Assembly (NCBI RefSeq): GCF_009914755.1
Contig: NC_060939.1
From: the human T2T-CHM13v2.0 reference genome, Homo sapiens
DNA: 64,000 bases
Strand: one strand, 5' to 3'
Shown here: positions 57,929 through 64,000 of the stretch, piece by piece
Layout of the letters: each line of letters starts with the position of its first letter
How positions within the stretch are numbered: the stretch's first letter is position 1
Program-made: the position numbers and the translations under genes
Notes under the pieces: generated by a model
The model's database searches: none
The model's input: only the letters and a program-made list of their open reading frames with translations
Told to the model about the DNA's origin: nothing

Positions 57929-59002
57929 TGGAAATTCTTTTACAGTCCAAGAAACATAATTTGGATAAATATTTACTACCAAATGAGTTACTAAATATTT
58001 AAAAGGACAAGATTAAATGATCCTTGAGGTTTCTTTTAACTTGGAGATTTGTATCCAACCAGATTTCACCTGAGACTGAAGTTATTTCCTACCGTCAGTG
58101 ATAACGGAAGCACTACAGTTGTGGCATTCAAGTATTACAGTGAATTACAATTATACTGTCAGCAATATTATGTTAACAGTACATTGTTTATGGCAATATT
58201 ATCTAACATATTTTAAGCCCTGTTCCTTTGTTACTGAGAGGTCTAAAATAACATTTTACAAGTATAGTTGAATATAGCATCAGTAAATTGGTTATGAGGA
58301 AGACTCCTTCATAATTGCTTTTATGGATTAAACATGTATCTAAGGACAACACCAAGGAACTACTAGAAATAACCCTCGAGTCAGTCTTTTCCGTTCTGTT
58401 TCCACACCCTTAGTTTTCTATTACTTTTAGGAATGACCTTTGTTAACTAAGTCATTAAAATCCAATAAACATAGACTCTTCAGACCCCACAGCTGGATCA
58501 TACTCTTGGCAGCAAGCAGAGGAAGGCAGGGGCTACCACTGTTTTACAGAATAATAGTAAGTCAATGATCCAAGAAATGACTTCCCAGAGAAATGGCAAA
58601 TTAAATACGTTCACAACCTTGGGCTGTTGAGAGTGGTTTTGGCTCTTGGCTTGCACATTGACATCTTTAATTCTTTTCTTGCTAAACCAACTTCAGTATT
58701 GGAAAGATAGCTCATGTATAAAATAACATGGAAAATGTACATCACATCCCATTTGTTTTGGGTTTTTGTCCTTTTTTTTCTTTTTTTGGAAAATAGTTCA
58801 ATAGTACTATCTCTTCCTTAATTTTTTAATGAGTGTCAATACCAAGGGGTGGCTTTGGGGATCTTTAGCCCAAATCTAAGCAAACATATAATCTGAGTAA
58901 AAACTGTGTATATTTATCAAATGCAGCATCAAGACAAGCCCCCCAGCTCCCACTTGGTGCTGCCTGTTCTGTAGGCTCTTGCTATATATATATATTTTTT
59001 AA

Positions 59003-59521
<519 letters not shown>

Positions 59522-59783
59522 TAGATAAGAGATCTAAGGTATTCCAGTGACTAAGAAACTGAGGTGAATGACTAAGGGACTGAGACTTCTCTCTCCAAAC
59601 CTGTTTCTCCACTAGTCTTCCAAGCCTTCCCAGTTACTCCAACCTGAAAATGAGTCATCCTTGGCTCCTCATTACCAACCCTCACCCCACCCTTCTCCAT
59701 CCATCAGCAGATCTGTTTATTCCACTTCCAAAATATACCCCAAATGTGCTTCCTCTTCCTCCGTACTCCAAGCTACCATGCCG

Positions 59784-59873
59784 TGTAAGTTATGATTGTG
59801 ATTTTTGCATGTCTTCTTCCACTGCTGCCCTGTAAGTTATGATTGTGATTTTTGCATGTCTTCTTCCACTGCT
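59784..59873. repeat. 47-bp-period tandem duplication
   Basis: tgtaagttatgattgtgatttttgcatgtcttcttccactgct is identical at 59784-59826 and 59831-59873. Confidence 0.95.
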
Positions 59874-60289
59874 ACCTGGAAGCTGGAGTGACCTTTCAAA
59901 ATATACATCAGATCAGATCATGTCACTCTCCTGCCAAAAGCCCTCCAAAGTTCTTACGGTGATCTAGCTGCCTCTTCAAACTCATCACACATCTGATCTT
60001 AGACGTATTATGCTTCAAGCAAATTGGTCTTCTTGTAGTCCCTCAAACAAGCTTCTTTCAGGACTGTGGCTCTGAACAAGCTTTCCTCTCTGCCAGGGAT
60101 GCTATTCCCTCCTGCTATGACAGGTCTGACTCCTAATGTCCTTCAATCTTTGCCTAAATTTCACCTCCTCCAGCCCTTCCCTGGCTTCCTAAAGTGGTGG
60201 TGCCCCCTCTCTGATGTTATTCTATCTCTGTGCTTTTCTTTTAATAGTAATAATCAGAACTTATAATATTTTGTTAATATTTAAAATCT

Positions 60290-60559
60290 AGCTGGACATG
60301 GTGGCTCACGCCTGTAATCCCAGCATTTTGGGAGGCCAAGGCGGGAGGATCACCTGAGGTCAGGGGTTCGAGACCAGTCTGGCCAACTGGTGAAACCCCA
60401 TCTCTACTAAAAATACAAAATTAGCCAGGTGTGGTGTTGCACGCCTGTAATCCTAGCTACTCATGTGGCTGAGGCAGGAGAATTGCTTGAACCCAGGAGG
60501 CGGAGGTTGCAGTGAGCCGAGATAGCACCACTGTTCTCCAGCCTGGGAGACAAGAGCAA
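60290..60559 (+). mobile_element. AluSq/Sx-like element lacking its 3' end and tail
   Basis: 'gctggacatggtggctcacgcc...cacctgaggtcagg...gcctgggagacaagagcaa' stops about 12 nt before the expected poly-A. Confidence 0.92.
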
Positions 60560-60728
60560 TGTGGGGTAGGGGGAGGGGGGAGGGATAGCATTAGGAGATA
60601 TACGTAATGCTAAATGACGAGTTAATGGGTGCAGCACACCAGCATGGCACATGTATACATATGTAAGTAATCTGCACATTGTGCACATGTACCCTAAAAC
60701 TTAAAGTATAATAATAATTTTTAAAAAA
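60560..60728 (+). mobile_element. Young L1PA (approximately PA2-PA4) 3' UTR end
   Basis: 'tgtggggtagggggaggggggagggatagcattaggagatatac...gacgagttaatgggtgcagcacaccagcatggcacatgtatac...gtaccctaaaacttaaagtataataataa'. Confidence 0.95.
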
Positions 60729-62027
60729 TCTACTTTCTTCACTCGACTGTAGGGTGGTGGAAGAGGTCAGGGGAACTGTCTGCCCTGTTTGCCATCCTGT
60801 CCCTAGTGCCTAACATGGAGTAAACCCTAAACATTCATGGAATGGATAGCACTGCTGTTCACAGATAGATGCCTTACCTACTTTCATTTCCTTAAGAGTG
60901 TTGTGGTGTAGTTAAAAAAAGAAAGCCATTTTATTCTACATTATTCTACAACACAAAGGGTTGTGCTCCAGTGAAACTTGAAGTGCCTTTTGTGGAGTGT
61001 GCTTTGGGTAAAGTTCATTTAAATCAGGTACTTATAAATGTCAGGTCGATTACAAATATGGTGTCCCATGTTCTTTTCTAATCTAAACGAGATGTTTTAA
61101 ACGAGTCTCATTCTATCCAGTAAGAATAAGGAAAGAGGCAAGTAATCTTATTTTTGGGACCAAGCGGCCACGAGGTCATAAGACCTAAAAATGTTTACAC
61201 TCCCAGGCAGCACCTGCTCGTTAATTATCTGGGAGACTGGTAAGGATTTAAAAGTAATTTTTTCCTTAAGCCCAGGAATCATTTAAAAAATCTGTATAAC
61301 ATTTTTTTCTCATGTAGTCTTAGCCCCGAAGAATATTAAGTCTATCAATTAGGTTATAATTCAAATCTTATCAAGAAATAAATGCTTATATAAATCAAGA
61401 TTAAAAAAATTTTCAAAGCAGCGTTTTTTAAACAGTGACGTTTTAAAATCCCCATCAAAATGGTAAAATTCATTGTGATGTTGACCTCTCATGCTGTCAG
61501 CCACAGGAAGGGGCAAAACGACTTGAGGCTTGAAGCCGTGTCTTTCCAGAAGCTCAGGTTCACCAAACATGGTCTCCAGATGGAGTCTGTTCCTCAGAAC
61601 CTGGGCTTTACTTCTCGATGGGAGAAGGAAGCAGTGTTAAAACTTGTCTATTCTGAACTAGCCAACCAGATTAAAGGAGGGGTTTGTGCATACCAACATC
61701 ATCCCAGAATGACCTGAATGACTCATTACATGCAGACAGTGGTGCAAACCCATTAACAAGTAAACAACTGACACCAGTGCTCTGTGCTCACAGGGCTGGG
61801 GGCATTCTTGGGTATTTTTCTTAAGGGAGGCTGGAAGAAGGGAGGAGGCGTTCCTTTCTCCTAGAGGCAAAGGCCAGTTCCTTTTGCTGTGCCCCAGGCC
61901 TTTCCTGGTTGTTATAAACTCTTCCAGGCCTTTTCTTGGGAAGGTGCTCTCATCCCCACACCCCTGCCTCCTCCCTCCACCTGTTGTGCACTCCCTGAGA
62001 GAAACAAAACAAGTTAATTAGCTTATT

Positions 62028-62117
62028 CAGCTACTTGGGAAGCTGAGGCGGGGGGGACAGCTTGAGCCTAGGAGTTTGGATTCAGCCCGGGCAACATGTC
62101 GAGACCCCATCTCTAAT
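62028..62117 (+). mobile_element. Alu monomer fragment (FLAM/FAM)
   Basis: 'cagctacttgggaagctgaggcgggg...cttgagcctaggagttt...gggcaacatgtcgagaccccatctct'. Confidence 0.8.
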
Positions 62118-62215
62118 TTTTTTTTAAGTTTTTTTTTTTTTTTTTTTTTAATTTAAATTAACATATTCAGGCTAGTGCATGTAATTCGGTTCTCTACTGA
62201 AGTAATTCACCCTAA

Positions 62216-63120
<905 letters not shown>

Positions 63121-63287
63121 TAGTGTGCTGTTTTTAAAAATGACTTTTGGGCTCGGGTTCATGTGACTGATTAGCCTGTAGTTTTACTTTTTGTAATTTT
63201 TTAGACTACTTTTGGTATCAAGTTTATTGTAATCTCAAAAAATGAGCATGGCTCTGTTCCCTTTATTTTTGTTCTCTTAAAATTTCT

Positions 63288-63719
<432 letters not shown>

Positions 63720-64000
63720 TCTGTCCCTGAAATTAAAAAAGAAATTCTGTAGTGTTGGTGTTACTTTTCCCTTTCATTGAAGAATTCACCAGTGAAGCCA
63801 TCAGGAACTGGGAATTGTTTTTGTGGGAAAGTTTTAAATTACAGATTCTGCCTATTACTAGACATAGGAGTTTACATACTACTTCTGTTTGGCTTTGGTA
63901 AGTTGTGTTTTTCAAACAGCAGGTGTAGGTGTACAACCTTTCAATTTGTTTCTGCCTCTAATAATTCTGGAATTTTTAAAAAATGACTTTTCATGATGAA

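Larger units (their letters stand above)
59590..60845 (+). mobile_element. L2 LINE fragment interrupted by the Alu-L1 insertion
   Basis: 'ggagtgacctttcaaaatatacatcagatcagatcatgtcactctcctgccaaaagccctccaa' with L2 3' end 'tgtccctagtgcctaaca...aaacattcatggaatgga'. Confidence 0.65.

Overview
Primate (human or great-ape) pericentromeric or acrocentric-type DNA spanning a satellite-to-non-satellite boundary. Positions 1-43162 are Human Satellite 3, (CATTC)n on the + strand, in layers. From 1 to ~7150 is a CTCGGGTTG-marked block with a ~6.83-kb higher-order period and internal 0.6/0.84/1.5-kb duplications. From ~7740 to 8640 is a (CACTC)n-rich patch. From ~8650 to 43162 is an older, diverged TTCGAGTCC-marked block with nested local duplications. 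At 43162/43163 the satellite abuts Alu/L1/L2/MIR-rich sequence. This part carries a CpG-island promoter (~54.2-55.4 kb) with an RFX X-box and a 13-nt coding exon (ATGGAGCCCCAGA|GTAAGG) matching the start of FANK1 (MEPQK). The parental FANK1/DHX32 head-to-head locus lies at 10q26, away from HSat3, so this is most likely a truncated segmental duplicate whose leftward promoter arm now points into the satellite. Also present: a TSD-flanked 5' U2 snRNA pseudogene, an Alu-L1PA fusion within one TSD, and a ~515-bp inverted templated insertion that splits an Alu. There is no complete protein-coding gene; the long ORFs are repeat or GC artefacts. All calls are by eye and from recalled consensus sequences, and subfamily and chromosome assignments are unverified.
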